Positions 37,236 to 50,820 are shown, numbered from the whole stretch's first letter. The stretch: 58,684 bases of DNA, filler included, from Squatina squatina (GCA_031763465.1; 3 parts of 3 records of this genome joined end to end with filler, not necessarily neighbours in it), one strand, 5' to 3'. Made by a program: numbers and translations. Notes: generated by a model not told the origin, from the letters alone.

Positions 37236-38902
37236 NNNNNNNNNNNNNNNNNNNNNNNNNNNNNNNNNNNNNNNNNNNNNNNNNNNNNNNNNNNNNNNNN
37301 NNNNNNNNNNNNNNNNNNNNNNNNNNNNNNNNNNNTTTAAAGAGTTGATATTATGTCGTAAATTTTCTTTAGCAGGCCTTTACCAGGATTGCAAACTGCT
37401 GTTGCAACGATATAATTAATACTGTAGTTATATATTTCAAATCGCTTCTATCCAGGCAAATTTAAAACCATTTCAAAAATAACATGCAGAACAAGCATTT
37501 ATGACATCCAATGTAGCCTGAAATTAGCTGTGGTTCTGGAGCGGGATTGGTTGTTGCAGTAACTGGTCTCCCCCTTCCCAAAGCACTACATAGCAGAATG
37601 GAATCCATTAACCCGTAAGTTAACCTTATTTATTTTCTAGATTATTCACTTTGGTACATACAATGCATCAGGAAATGATTGGGGGACTTCACAAGAACAA
37701 AACTCTTGTGTTTTCAAAATACTGATGATGGATCATTGTTTTATTAATGTTGTACTTAACTTATCAAATTTAAAGGCCAAAATAAAAATAATTCAGAGAA
37801 TTCAATAACAGTTTCATTACTGCTTCACCATTTAAAGTGATTTATTTAATTATGTAACTGTATCATGACCATCATCATTTTCTACAAACCTCCAAATCTG
37901 TAATTATACATGGAAACTGTACGGATATTTTGAAAGCTGCAAAGATCTTTCAATGCTCAAAGATTTGAGACTGGGCATATTTAGAACTCCCTTCTAGATG
38001 TGATTTATTGGCTCTGTTACTGAGATTCATGGATAGTCCAGTTTTACACTGACGGGGATGCTTTATTTCCTTCTTTCATCGGCCTGATTCCTATGTAAGA
38101 AGTTAATACTATTACCAATCGATAGGTAATGAAAAAGCAAAGAACACTGACCTTGCTCCGTCAGTGTATTTTTTATCAGCCTCAAAATATTTCAACTGAG
38201 TTTATATCTGGCAAAACCTGTCAATATTCTTCCAAGAGGCACTTCAGACATCTGTGAGAATAATGGGGAGTCAGAGTTGAATTACAGGCACATACATAGC
38301 TTGAAATATTGATAGCGTCATGGCCAAAACATTCATCTTCCTTCCTATTTCCAGTACACAACAATCTGCTGCACATTTTTGTTCTTTTTTTTATTACAGA
38401 TTTTATCCCTTTAAATACACAGTACAATGTTTGTTTGGGCTCAGTATGAGGAGCAGTCATAGAATATATTTTACTTCTTCGTTAAAGTTGCATAAGTACA
38501 GAGTGAACCATGCACATGCTTCTGAATGCATAATATCAGACTTCAAGCAAAGAGCAACCCTCGACATTGAGTACAACCATCGGAGCCAAATCCGAAATGA
38601 GTTGACTTTGGCAAACTTTATTTGTTCAGTTGGATCACTTGATACTCAAGTTGGTTGGCTTCTTTAAACAAAGTAGTGTGCATTTTTTTTTAATAACCAA
38701 AGAACATTTTCCACTGTCATTTTACCATCCTGCCTTTCACTTTCTATGGTCACGGCAGATAGGAATGCCTGACCGAACCAGAAACATAGCAGCAACAGAG
38801 TTNNNNNNNNNNNNNNNNNNNNNNNNNNNNNNNNNNNNNNNNNNNNNNNNNNNNNNNNNNNNNNNNNNNNNNNNNNNNNNNNNNNNNNNNNNNNNNNNNN
38901 NN

Positions 38903-38982
38903 GCCTGACCTGCTGAGTTTTTCCAGCAATTTTTCTTTGTATTCTAGATTCCAGCATCCGCAGTATTTCGCTTTTGTATTCC
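38903..38982 (+). mobile_element. Penelope-like repeat terminal fragment
   Basis: gcctgacctgctgag...ttccagcatccgcagtatt..gctttt resembles a recalled abundant elasmobranch repeat end; family assignment tentative. Confidence 0.5.
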
Positions 38983-39139
38983 CAATTCTTGATGGTCTAA
39001 CACCAGAATATGCACCCTTCTTTCTTACCATTGTTACATTGGAGGAAATTCACATGCTAAAATGCCACTTTGTTGTGCTGAGGAATTGACTACAACTGAG
39101 ATTCAGGCTACTGTTGTGAATTGTTGTGCTATCAATTTC

Positions 39140-39382
39140 GAAACATAGAAACATAGAAGATAGGAGCAGGAGTAGTCCATTTGGCCCTTCGAGCCTGCTC
39201 CACCACTCAATGAAAGCATGGCTGATCATCCAAATTCAGTACCCTGTCCCTGCTTTCTCCCCATATCCGTTGCTCCCTTTAGCCTTAAGAACTATATCTA
39301 ACTCCTTCTTGAATATATTTGATGAATTGTCCTCAACTGCCTTTTGTGGTAGAGAATTCCACAGGTTCACCACGCTCTGGGT
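39140..39382 (-). mobile_element. CR1-type LINE, 3' end
   Basis: gaaacata tandem tail then ggagcaggagtag.ccatt.ggcccttcgagcctgctcc, the reverse complement of a CR1 3' UTR. Confidence 0.82.
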
Positions 39383-40534
39383 GCAAATGCCTATATGAAC
39401 TGTATTCTTGAACTTAATTCAAATGTGAAGAACTGATGTATAATCACAATAAAAAATGTTCCACTCGCAATCTAAAAGCACAACTGACACTCACTAATGA
39501 GTCCAGTGCACTATTAATGCCACTTACAATTTGCCCTGATTATATTAATGATTATATTTAACTACCACCCATCCAACAGTCACACTTTTACAAATCCCTT
39601 TAAATATCATGCTCTTTAATGAGGGTTTCTTGGTGGTGTACTGAAATCGGGACTTCGAACTTTGAAATCCCAGCTCCTGTTTTGGATCAGAATTGTGCAC
39701 AGAGGCCAGCATATTCAAAAGTGGGGGAGAGGGTACAAAATGAAGAGCTTTCGGGAGCAGAAGTGGATCAATATGGAGGCTTCAAAGCTGAATGCTTAGC
39801 TTTGAACTCTAGCAGAACAAATGAAGCCCTAAGGCTTTGAGTCTTTGTTGCATTCGAGCTTTACTCCCGACCTGTCCAATTAGTTCAACCAGATTGGTGT
39901 TTTTCCAAACTTATTCTTTAGGTAATTTTGTTTGTTAAGTTCAAATAAAATGTAAAGAGTAAACCAATATTATGACACAATTATTTTGTTCACAAATAGT
40001 GTTACTTCTAGTTAACACATTGATCAGGATGGACTGGGGTAACACTACATCAAAGATGTCTGCATATAAACTCGGAACAGTTTGTCCACCTTCAATAAGT
40101 ATAACCATATTTCATCACTAATTAAATTTATAGCAAACTTCAGAGGGTGAACAGAACAGATGTCATTCAGTTGTGACATTTAATTTGTCTAAGTTTAAGT
40201 GTAATCTGCAGGCTCTGAATCCCAAATCCTTACAACTAACGCTTTCAAATTACAACAGGAAGCAAAATAATGAGCTGACTTGTATGGGAATGTAATTCCC
40301 TGAATGTCTGTGGGCATAATATGTCAGCTGGATTTCAAAGTCCAGCTGCAGAGTCTTGATTTGCTGTGGGGACTGACCAGCTTTAATGAACCTGATGAAC
40401 TGAACAAAAGGGTTTACGGTTCCATTTGGTGCCTGACGGAGTAGAAATCCTTTTCACTGTGTATTAGATTTCTGAGGATCAGCAGGAGAAGATGCCCCTC
40501 TAGGTAAGTTTATTTCTTTTCTTTGTGGGAACAG

Positions 40535-40617
40535 GAGGAGCATAGCAAGAGGATTTGAGTATAGGAGCAGGGAGGTTCTACTGCAGTTGTACAGGGCCTT
40601 GGTGAGACCACACCTGG
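40535..40617 (+). mobile_element. CR1-type LINE fragment
   Basis: IARGFEYRSREVLLQLYRALVRPHL. Confidence 0.85.
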
Positions 40618-40717
40618 NNNNNNNNNNNNNNNNNNNNNNNNNNNNNNNNNNNNNNNNNNNNNNNNNNNNNNNNNNNNNNNNNNNNNNNNNNNNNNNNNNN
40701 NNNNNNNNNNNNNNNNN

Positions 40718-40968
40718 GCTTTGGTGGTGGTATTTAAAAGATTAAATATTGGCCAGGACACTGGGAGAACTTTCTGTTCTCCTTTAATTAGTGTCATGGG
40801 ATCGTTAACATCCACCTGAAGGAACAGGTAGGACCTCAGTTTAATGCCCCAACTGAAAGTTTCTCAGTACTGCACTCAAATATCAACTTCGATTCAGTGC
40901 TCAAGTCCTTCAAATGCTATTTGAGAACATAACCTTCTGGCTCAAAGGCAACTGAACCAAACTGAGAT
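40718..40968 (-). mobile_element. DeuSINE-like SINE, 5' half, decayed
   Basis: aaatattggccaggacactgggagaact...acatccacctga, as in the other copies. Confidence 0.7.
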
Positions 40969-40984
40969 AGTAAAGAATGAGCGA

Positions 40985-41303
40985 TTGTTTCCATTCATTG
41001 ACAAATCAGTAATAAAAGGACATAGATTGAGCATTATCGTTGGAAGAATGAAGTGGGAGTTTATAAGAAATGTTTTCACACAGACAGTTATTGGAACATG
41101 CAGTGCTTTATCACAAGTGGTATTGAGGCAGAGTCTACTTAAAATGGAATTGAATAAGCATTTGAAAAGATAAAAATAGAAAAGGAGTCAGGAAAAGTGC
41201 ATGGAAATGGGATTACAATGAAAAGCTCCAGTTGAAGAGTGAGTGCGTGCACAGTCACGACGGGCTGAATGTCCTCTTTTTGTGCTGTAATTTCTATTAT
41301 TCT
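40985..41303 (+). mobile_element. CR1-type LINE, 3' fragment
   Basis: LFP...KGHRL...RNVFTQTV plus the gggctgaatg.cct...tgtgctgtaa tail. Confidence 0.72.
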
Positions 41304-42955
41304 AACTACTATAACCTGTAAAGCAGATTACTCTCCTTTGATAGCTTTTTTAAAAATATAGGGCGGNNNNNNNNNNNNNNNNNNNNNNNNNNNNNNNNNN
41401 NNNNNNNNNNNNNNNNNNNNNNNNNNNNNNNNNNNNNNNNNNNNNNNNNNNNNNNNNNNNNNNNNNTCAAAACTTTTGACGAAAGTATTAAACTAAACTA
41501 TACAATACCAGCTAAAATGTAGATCAAAGGTTGAAATTATATTCCTGGAGGGATTCAGGCAGAATGAAGGTCTGCTAATCTTTAGCAAATTACATTAACA
41601 AGGTCTGGAATCAGGCTGCAGGAGTTCTGCTAGCTTCTCAGGAGAATCACGCACAGGCTGAACACTTCAAAGTTATAATGAGGCTGAACACGACAGGATG
41701 CCAGCAACACATTTAATAAGGGGCATTACCACTGCCTCAAAACAATGGGGTCCTCACTTCCACAGAATCATGTCTCACTATTCTGCTCTCTCACTCAGGT
41801 CCAATAATTCTGATAAGTGCTTCTCACTAAAATATCCTCCCTACCTTCTCCATATAACTTCACTAGATATTAGTTTTGTGCACTAATTTCACCAGTGTGC
41901 TTAATTTTCACTTCCAGTTCAGTATGAATGTTGGTAAATACTTGATGGCAACTCAGGTTTTGAAAGCTTGTGTTACTTACCAACTCCAGTAAAAAATGTA
42001 ATAGCTTGCAATGTGCTTAGAAAAATAGGCTCCTCCTGCACTACATCTTGTGCAAAACTCATGCAAGAGCCTAAATATATTTTAAATCCTATGGGATTGT
42101 TTTGAAAACTTAGATGATTAATATCATGTCGGAAGTCTTGGGTTTTGCTGAAGAGATGCAACAATTATTTCAGTAGGCTGGGGGAGGTGCGAAAAGCTGC
42201 TGCTGGCCATATTTCAGAATGAGCCACTACCTTCAGGAGAGAAGGGGTAAAGAAAGAACGTTGAAGNNNNNNNNNNNNNNNNNNNNNNNNNNNNNNNNNN
42301 NNNNNNNNNNNNNNNNNNNNNNNNNNNNNNNNNNNNNNNNNNNNNNNNNNNNNNNNNNNNNNNNNNGGCAATAATTGCTGGCCTCACCAGCGACGCCCAC
42401 ATCACAGGACCGAATTTTTAAAAACTCTGGCTTCTCCAGCATGCCAGTCAGGTCCTGAGGATGCAAAATTATGCGTGGCTTTCCTGCTCATCACTTTCAG
42501 CATGGTTTGTCAGCTGCTGGGTTTGTGCCCAAAGTCTGCCTGTAGGTTCAGGCCTTCTCCAAGTCTGTAAGTTTACATTTAATTTGACTGGAATAGGAAT
42601 CGGAGCCAAATAATTGCTAGTAAAATTCTTACAAGGGAGAAAAGCTGGTTGCAAATGGAGGGCAGGAGCAGCAAAGCAGGGAGGTTGGTAGCTAGTTTTA
42701 ACCCACTGCAAAATTAGTTGTATCAGCATTTGTGACAGGAAAAGCTCCATTGCGTAGAATCAAAGGGATTTGTTTAATTTGGTGCCACTAAATTTGCAAT
42801 GCTTAAGTTGCAAAAAGTGGCAACTTGGTTCTGACCACAAACAAAAAGAGAAATTGCAAAAATTTAGACAGAAATATTTTTGAATTGGTTAATGGGTGTT
42901 TTGCTGCTAAACTAGCTAATGTTTTTAGTGTTTTTTTTAATATCTTTTTACACAG

Positions 42956-43154
42956 GACTATGAGTATCAGCTGATTTCACATTCATCACCACAATACCAG
43001 AAGAACGATCGATGCCCACCTCCTCCACAGGCATTGCCAGACAGGGCCTGTGAAGTTCCCAGCTGTAGGTCGGACTCTGAATGTGAAAGATACAAACGCT
43101 GCTGTTACAATGGTTGTATTTATGCTTGCTTGGAATCTGTACAACCACCACCAG
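42956..43154 (+). CDS. WFDC1: WAP four-disulfide core domain protein 1, WAP-domain exon
   Basis: 199-bp exon DYEYQ...DRCPPPPQALPDRACEVPSCRSDSECERYKRCCYNGCIYACLESVQPPP with 8 Cys; absent from the ORF track on this strand. Confidence 0.95.
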
Positions 43155-44254
43155 GTACACTTAATCCTTGCAAGATTCCATGAACCTTCTTTGCTGTATT
43201 ATTAATGCAACATGGTATATAATTAGGAATAAAGCACAATGAAATTCAAAGCCTCTTAAATCCACTGAGAATTGCTGAGGGCTGGAACTAATTTTCATTT
43301 TTGGATCTTGCCATGTCAAACTCCCTGGCTGAAAAGGCTGGGCAGGGACCATGCTCCCAAACTTCTGCTTCTACCCCTCAACAGCAAGCTGTTAATGGGT
43401 CTGGCAACATGGTGTAAGTTTGATTTGACTGTTCATTTTTCCCTTCCCTTCATTTTAATAGGGAAGCCCTTGCTTGCCTCCTTCCCCTCTATACTCAGCC
43501 GAGATTTGGAACTCACCATGTGAATCTTTGATAAATAAATGCAAATCATAAATTTGTTCACTATTCTTGAATCACAAATACGGAATACAATGTATGATGC
43601 ATTCAACAAAACAAAGGTTTTTGCCTCCAGACATTAATCAAGTAAAATGTAATTTCTGTAAAGTACTTGTTCTGGAGTACATCAGCTGGGATTTCTTCAA
43701 GTTTGTGAAGAGTCCTAAGTATGTGAAGGTGTGAGGAGGCATGAGGTGAAAATAAGAATAAATAATATTTTGCAGCCTTCTCTATTTCAAAGATGGTTGT
43801 TTCAACCAATAAACTTGATTTCCACGTAGTCTCATAAGTGTCTTCTATCTCGGAATCTTTCACAGGAAGTTAATTTATTATTGATGCAGATCACATTGGC
43901 CATTTTCAGCCTCTGAAGGGGAAAACGCCACCAGATTTGGGATGACATGAGAACGTCTTAATGTTTTTACTAGAAAACCAAACAATTACAATAATTTACT
44001 GAAATTTGCTCCCACAAACTGAAAACCAATGCATTGGAACTCCCATCCACACCTCCAATTATGTTACATAAAAATATATTGTCCTTTTTGAATTTACATA
44101 ATTACACTATTACTATGGAGGAGAATACTTTGTGGCATCGATTGCATTTCAGGCATACTAGGGATTTAAAGCTTTTATCCTTCAACCACAGCAAAAAGCT
44201 GTGCAATATGTGCTTGTCATTTTGATGACTTGTTTAACTGATGTTAATTTTCAG

Positions 44255-44338
44255 TTCTAGATTGGTTGGTGCAGCCAAAGCCCAAATGGCTTGGAGGCAA
44301 TGGGTGGCTACTTGATGGACCAGAAGAAGTACTTCAAG
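44255..44338 (+). CDS. WFDC1: WAP four-disulfide core domain protein 1, internal exon
   Basis: 84-bp exon (V)LDWLVQPKPKWLGGNGWLLDGPEEVLQ, in phase with the previous exon. Confidence 0.95.
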
Positions 44339-44429
44339 GTGGTGTTTCTTCCATATTATTGGCTCGACTCATTGTAAATAGTGACTGTGATTGAGGCTAC
44401 ACATGTACCAATTATTATAGGAACAGAAA

Positions 44430-44831
44430 GAAAGGAGAAAAACTTGCATTTATATAGCACCTTTCATGACCACCGGACGTCCCAAAGCACTTTACAGCCA
44501 ATGAAGTACTTTTGAAGTGTAATCACTGTTGTAATGTAGGAAACGCTACAGCCAATTTGTGCACAGCAAGATCCCACAAACAGCAATGTGGTCATGGCCA
44601 GATAATCTGTTTGATGTTCGTTGAGGGACAAATATTGGCCAGGACACCGGGGATAACTCCTCTGCTCATCTTTGACATAGTGCCGTGGGAACTTTTACAT
44701 CCACCTGAGAGGGCAGACCGGAACTTGATTTATTGTCTCATCCGAAAGACGGCACCTCCGACAGTGCAGCGCTCCCTCAGCACTGCACTGGAGAGTCAGC
44801 CTAGATTTTTGTGCTCCAGTCCCTGGAGTGG
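44430..44831 (-). mobile_element. DeuSINE-like SINE
   Basis: Same tail and central domain as the other copies, ending in the tRNA-related region. Confidence 0.82.
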
Positions 44832-45829
44832 TCACAGGAACAAGAGCAGGTCATTTAGCCCCTCGAGCCTGTTCTGCCATTCAATGAAATCAGGATTTTA
44901 GTATTTCTTTTCTCAATACCTCATCAAATCTTAAGTCATTAAGGTCTGGTTTTACTGCTGGATTTTCATTGTTTTAGTCAAATTTGATTATGAGCAACAA
45001 AAATCAGAGAAACAAACTGGATGCCAAAAAACCCGGCTAAATTGGGAGAAAATCAGTAAAAATCCCTATTTTATTTGCAGCATCGGTAAACGCTCAATAC
45101 AATTAAGGGACTTTAAATGACATGTTGTAGATTCTTTGCACAGTTCCGCCACACCCACCTTTTACAGTGATTCAAAGTATCCTCATGACTAAAACATATA
45201 ATGGACCTGAACATTGTTGTCTTGCCTGCATCATCATAAAGGACTTGTATTAACATGAAGAACCCCCTAAAGGGAAATGAGTATTGTTCACTAAACAAAT
45301 CGTATTTAAATTTTTTGTTCATAGTCCCCAACGTGCGCAATACTTTAGGGCAAAGAAGATCTGCATTCCTTTTCTACAGAAAATTCAGGCCTCTGTTTCT
45401 TTTTTACACAACATTGGGTCCAGAGATACGCAGATTGACCTGGATTTTGCAGTCCTGCTGGAGGTAAACTGACAGCATTTGCTCTCATTGAATCTGACTG
45501 CAGCCTCATGATTTAGCATCTGTGCAGCCCAATGTGGAATTCCTGAAGTTGCAGTCTCTCATTACTACTCTGACACAGGATGTGCTGTGGACGACCCATA
45601 CAGTGCTTGCTGATGACACAAATGCCTGAATGGACCTGATTTTAGATTCAGGATTTTTTTGTTTTTGGAAGCAAATGTGGGATCAAAATCATTTTACTGA
45701 TTAACCACCTGAAGGAGGAAAAAAAAAACCAGGAATTGATGGTGTAATTTGTTGAACAACTTATTTTATGATCCTTCCAAATCCTACTCTTGTCGAAGGG
45801 CAAATACAATTTTCTTTAGATAAAGAAGC

Positions 45830-45990
45830 CCGCCAACTGTAACCGGTCGGGCCTATATGTGACTCAAGTCCTACTCCAACATGGCTGATACTTAATTGCC
45901 CTCTGAAGTGGCCGAGCAAACCACCCAGTTGTATCTCGGGATGGACAATAAATGTCAGTGATGCCCACAGCCTGAGAATGAATAAAAAAA
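45830..45990 (+). mobile_element. Second SINE family, 3' fragment
   Basis: Core shared with 35301-35609; tail caataaatg...gatgcccaca...gaatgaataaaaaa, also seen at 42367-42405. Confidence 0.6.
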
Positions 45991-46117
45991 GTAATAGCCT
46001 GTTGGCTTTGTTTTGATTTTTATTTCCCATTCCAACTATTTTTCCACCTTTCTTCCTTCATTGATTATGAACCNNNNNNNNNNNNNNNNNNNNNNNNNNN
46101 NNNNNNNNNNNNNNNNN

Positions 46118-46129
46118 TTAATTAATTAA
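46118..46129. other. Artificial scaffold linker TTAATTAATTAA
   Basis: Second copy, again centred in 44 N + 44 N. Confidence 0.95.
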
Positions 46130-47467
46130 NNNNNNNNNNNNNNNNNNNNNNNNNNNNNNNNNNNNNNNNNNNNATTCTTAGAGAGGATGCCAGACAGGCT
46201 GTTCACCATAGTTGGCAAAAGAGGCAATTGCTCCATAAACACAGACAAGACTGAACAAAGCCAACATCACACCTGTGGGGTCAACAGTGGAGAGAAACAG
46301 ACCTTAGTGCTCACGTGGCTATAAAATAGACATTTTTTGGAAATGAAAAATAACTTGAACTCTTGAATTACCTTCCAAAGGAAGAGGCAGCCGCTCTAGG
46401 GTGAAGAGCAGAAAGCAGGTGATTATCACTTCCATGATGACAGTGGCTATGACTAGCGCTATATTAATATAACTGGCTGTGAGAGAGAGCACACAAAAAA
46501 TTAATTCCTCATGGATGGCAGGTATTGAAGTATACAGACTGAGCAGAATTGCAACTAAAACACTCACCTGAAATAACTAGAAACATGTTGACTATAAGGA
46601 AAGCTATGGCTCCTGCAGTGAATCCACCATCAGAACTGGGATCAATATTTAACAAATGACCTGCATAAAAATATGTATTTATGAGACTCATTACAAATAG
46701 TTATGAGTGTAAGCAAATAATACAATTGACAATACAAAGACTAATTTGAAGCAAGAAATGATGGCTGGGAATTTCCAGTGAAGGTTTGGTGGCAAGGACT
46801 GCTCCATGGAAATTTCCAGCCTGCTGAGAATTGATTGAGTTGGAACTTACTGTGAGAGATGCATTTGTGTGAAGTTTTAATACACCTGTAACAACTGCCT
46901 CTCTTTTCTATTTTAACAGAGGTGTTAACCTATATTAACATGAATTGATGCCACTGTTAAAATAGTGAAGAGAAACTCAAGATGTAAGTTGTTAAGCATT
47001 CATAACATTTCCAGAATAAAGAAAGAAGTGCTCATTAAATAGCTGTGTAGCAGAATGACAGTACAATACCAAAACACCTTCCTTCTTGTACTTGAATCCT
47101 GAATGCATAAAGCTAGACCAGGGATCTAGGGATCAGTACACTGGGAATCTTAAGACTTTGTCCATGCATACTTAATATATGTTATCTTATTATATCAGAA
47201 CTGAAAACAATAAAATCTATTTTCCAAATGATAGGGTTAAGGAATTTCCACAGCTGATTAGAATTCAAAATTTCTAATATCATCTCAGCTAGTTATGAAG
47301 AGTTTTTTATTGATGCATTCAATACTTTTCTTAGCATTGGAGCTACATCACCACCTTGAACTAAAGGTTGTAACTCACATTTAAAAATATTGTGATCTTC
47401 AGCTACTATGGCAATGTTTGGTGATAGTAAAAAAAAATGACATTTTGATTGAATTGTTTTTTAATAG

Positions 47468-47690
47468 ATTAATTTCCTGGACTGGAAGGAAGATTGACCC
47501 AGTGGGTGTGGACTATATTCTTCAAAAGCTGGGCTTCCATCATGCCAGAATCACTATTCCAAAATGGGTGCAGCGTGGTGTCATGGATCCATTAGATAAG
47601 GTTCTCTCGGTTCTTATTAAAAAGCTCGGCGTAGCACTACAGGATGAAAAAGAAAAGAAAGGAAAAGACAAGGAGGAACATCAAAAGTAA
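47468..47690 (+). CDS. BLTP1: Bridge-like lipid transfer protein 1 (KIAA1109), last coding exon
   Basis: aatag acceptor then LISWTGRKIDPVGVDYILQKLGFHHARITIPKWVQRGVMDPLDKVLSVLIKKLG...EHQK-stop; AT-rich 3' UTR with AATAAA at 48267-48272. Confidence 0.95.
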
Positions 47691-49356
47691 CAATTTATTA
47701 CATGAGTACAAGCACTCTTATTTTTGCTATTGCTGTAAATTTCATTTACCGGTTTTAAGTGTTCTGTATATTTGAGTAGCACTTCATTAGAATTCAGTTT
47801 TATGGAACTTTATTAGCAATAATCAACTGGAAAATGCTTCTATGTGGTAACTTAAAGACTGACACTACTGTTTTGTTATGAATGTATGAGTGTAACTGTT
47901 TACTATGGTGCATTGTGCCATTCTAAACTAGTTAACAGAGTATTGCACAATTACTTTGATGTTTGTAAATATAGAAAAAAGTACAGTGAAGTGTCAAAGT
48001 GCTGCTTCGCATTCCCATTTTTATTGTGATTATGTGCAATGCATTTAATGTCTTTGTATTATAATTACCAAAATGAATATTAACTGTGAATCGCATTACA
48101 TTTCATTGTTCATAATTAAATTTCTGCTGTTATGGATTTGTTATTCTTTATGCCATGTGCATTGCATTACTTGGAGAGCAAATGTGCTAAGGTATGGTTA
48201 AAATTATAAATCATTTTAGTGCAAATGCAGAACTAAATAGTCATGAATTCATCTGTGAATTTGTCAAATAAAAATACTGTTGAATTTCAAAAAAGAGCAA
48301 TGTTAATTTAACCCCCCACCCCTGCAATCTACTGCTCAGTGAAATTGAAGTATGTGTGTAGAATTTCTTGAGGGGACAGTTAACAGCTTTGGAGGATTTC
48401 AGTTTTATTTGCAGATTTAACAATAGCCTACCTGGGATAGCTCATAATTCTGGTATTTTCCTGAGCACAGGTAGATAAAAGCTGTTTTAATTAATTTCGA
48501 GTAGGAGTAAAAATAGATTGGTCGCTAGCTGCATTAAGCTGTGTGGTTTTAGAATTGTACCAATTATGCAATTGTATTACTTAAACCCTGCAATTCATTT
48601 CCACCTCCCCATCCTTGAGGAAAAGGAGAAATGAGCAAGGTCTTTTTTGGGGTCAATGTACTGTCGTTCCAATGCCTGGTGATGAACAAGCAAATCAGCC
48701 TTTGTGTGTGACCCTTGGCTCAATGATAGCACTCTCGCCTCCGAGTCAGAAAATGTGGGTCAAGCCCNNNNNNNNNNNNNNNNNNNNNNNNNNNNNNNNN
48801 NNNNNNNNNNNNNNNNNNNNNNNNNNNNNNNNNNNNNNNNNNNNNNNNNNNNNNNNNNNNNNNNNNNATATTTTATAGTTGTATGACATTGCATTGTTTC
48901 TGTTGTGTGAGTTTTTATATAAGTTGGAAGTATGACGTGTAAAAGTAAATAATGGATAAATCTGTTACTTTGGGGTTTGTATAATCACAAGTGTAAATTT
49001 AAGTCCCAAATGAATGGGGAGTGCATACATGCCTATAGTTCATTCCCTTGACTGTCTATTATTTTAGTAATAAAGGAATATGTTTGTAAAAATGGCCAGT
49101 TTTCTATGGGTACATTGAAAACATAACTGGGGACACTCCTGGTAACAAAGAATAATCTGATTTTTTTCATGTAAAAATGTGAAGATTAAAGAAATATAAT
49201 TTTTAGAAAAACAATAAAAAACCTGCATATGTACTGAAATCCCAGTTACAAAGTGAGATACAAAAATGCTTTCATTTGTTGTTCATACATATCTTCTATA
49301 TATAAATCATCTTTAGAAGATTGCTTGTTCATGACAATACTACATTGAAAATATAC

Positions 49357-50820
49357 CTGCAAATCGAAGCCAGGTCCAAGTCGCCCAGACAGCTGCATAG
49401 CAGAAGGGTAATACAGAACCAAAGCGCCTTCCTCCTCGGACTTGAATCCTGGACACGTAGAGTTGGATCAGAGTTCCAGGGATCAGCACCCAGGGAATAG
49501 TGACATGAGCTTGGACCTGCTCCAAGTTTGCACTCTGGATGGCAGACAGGGCTGCCAGTCCATTGCAGATATAGAACCGGGCATCTGGAAGCTGCACAGT
49601 AGTAAAGTCTGGGAGCTCCTCAGTTTTGGTGAACCTTTGTTTAAGGGCAAATAGAACATTCTGAAACATTTTTGAAGAGAGGGGTTGGGGTCCAATAGGA
49701 ATCAGTGCCTTTTCTGTTATGGAGTTGATCAGGCTGGCAAATGTTACATAAAGGGATAGGGCTACATACATACAGCAAACAGCCCCAAAAAATCTGTAAT
49801 ATGATACACTGTTGATCTGAGGAATGGTGGAGATGGTGAGAAGGACAAAGAAGCCATTATGGATTATTTCAAGTTTGTTTCTATTCAGAGACATCAGACA
49901 TAAAATCAAAGCTGTGACCAAGAAAAACCAGTCTCCTGTCAGCCTGGCTCTGCTGCTATCTAAATTATCAACATTTATGAGGACAGTTAAAATGAACTCC
50001 TCCCAGGACTTCACAAGCCAGTACATACTATGGACACCAAATTTAGTGGCAAAGTAGACATCACTGCGCAAGTAACCATAGTAGCTGGCACAAAGCTGTG
50101 AAATAGAATTGATGCTGACCCACACAGCTCCCACATAAAATGATTTCATGTACCCAAAACAGTAAAAAGCAAAGATGAAGGGAGAAATTACACTGCANNN
50201 NNNNNNNNNNNNNNNNNNNNNNNNNNNNNNNNNNNNNNNNNNNNNNNNNNNNNNNNNNNNNNNNNNNNNNNNNNNNNNNNNNNNNNNNNNNNNNNNNNNN
50301 NNNNNNNNNNNNNNNNNNNNNNNNNNNNNNNNNNNNNNNNNNNNNNNNNNNNNNNNNNNNNNNNNNNNAGCTCCATAAAGCCCAAAGACAGCTATCACTA
50401 GTTCAAAGATTCCGGATACTATTAAAGCCCATTGGCTAAAGAGACCTACAGCCTCAAAAATGAGTGTAAGTGTTATGGCCCCAAACACAAAAGGCATGAT
50501 GTAATTAGTTGTAGCTGAACAGAAGGACAAAATAAATGCTACACTGATGTAGGCTACTAACCCTGCAACAGCTGATTCACGAATAGGAGGCAGAGCCATG
50601 CTTAGACTGTTATTTACAGCACTGGTGTTTTTTAGATACAGAGTGATGGAAGTGGCATTAAGAGGAGAGTTTGCTCCCAGAATAATCCGAGTTGCTCCAA
50701 AGCTGCTCCACAAAGCAGAGAATGCTATAAAGGCTGTGCCACCAAGATGGTCATATTTTCTGAAGGACATTAGCCCAGCAACAAGTTGTGCCACTCCACC
50801 AATCAATATAAGGTGAACAC
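49357..50820 (-). CDS. Large internal exon of a multi-pass membrane protein with tandem GPR1/FUN34/YaaH (SatP/Ady2, AceTr) like repeats
   Basis: ttttctag acceptor at 50821-50822 and gtatat donor at 49356; phase 1 at both ends; open frame across a 171-N gap; motifs GGVAQLVAGLMSFRKYDHLGGTAF and LYVTFASLINSITEKALIPIG. Confidence 0.85.

Noticed and set aside
45131-45192. Possible last WFDC1 exon (DSLHSSATPTFYSDSKYPHD-stop)
   Set aside because: Weak acceptor and too little recognisable homology to call without transcripts.
49357-50820. Bacterial or fungal contamination as the source of the SatP-like sequence
   Set aside because: It has spliceosomal acceptor and donor sites, AT-rich intronic flanks like the rest of the window, and a fused multi-repeat structure unlike microbial SatP.
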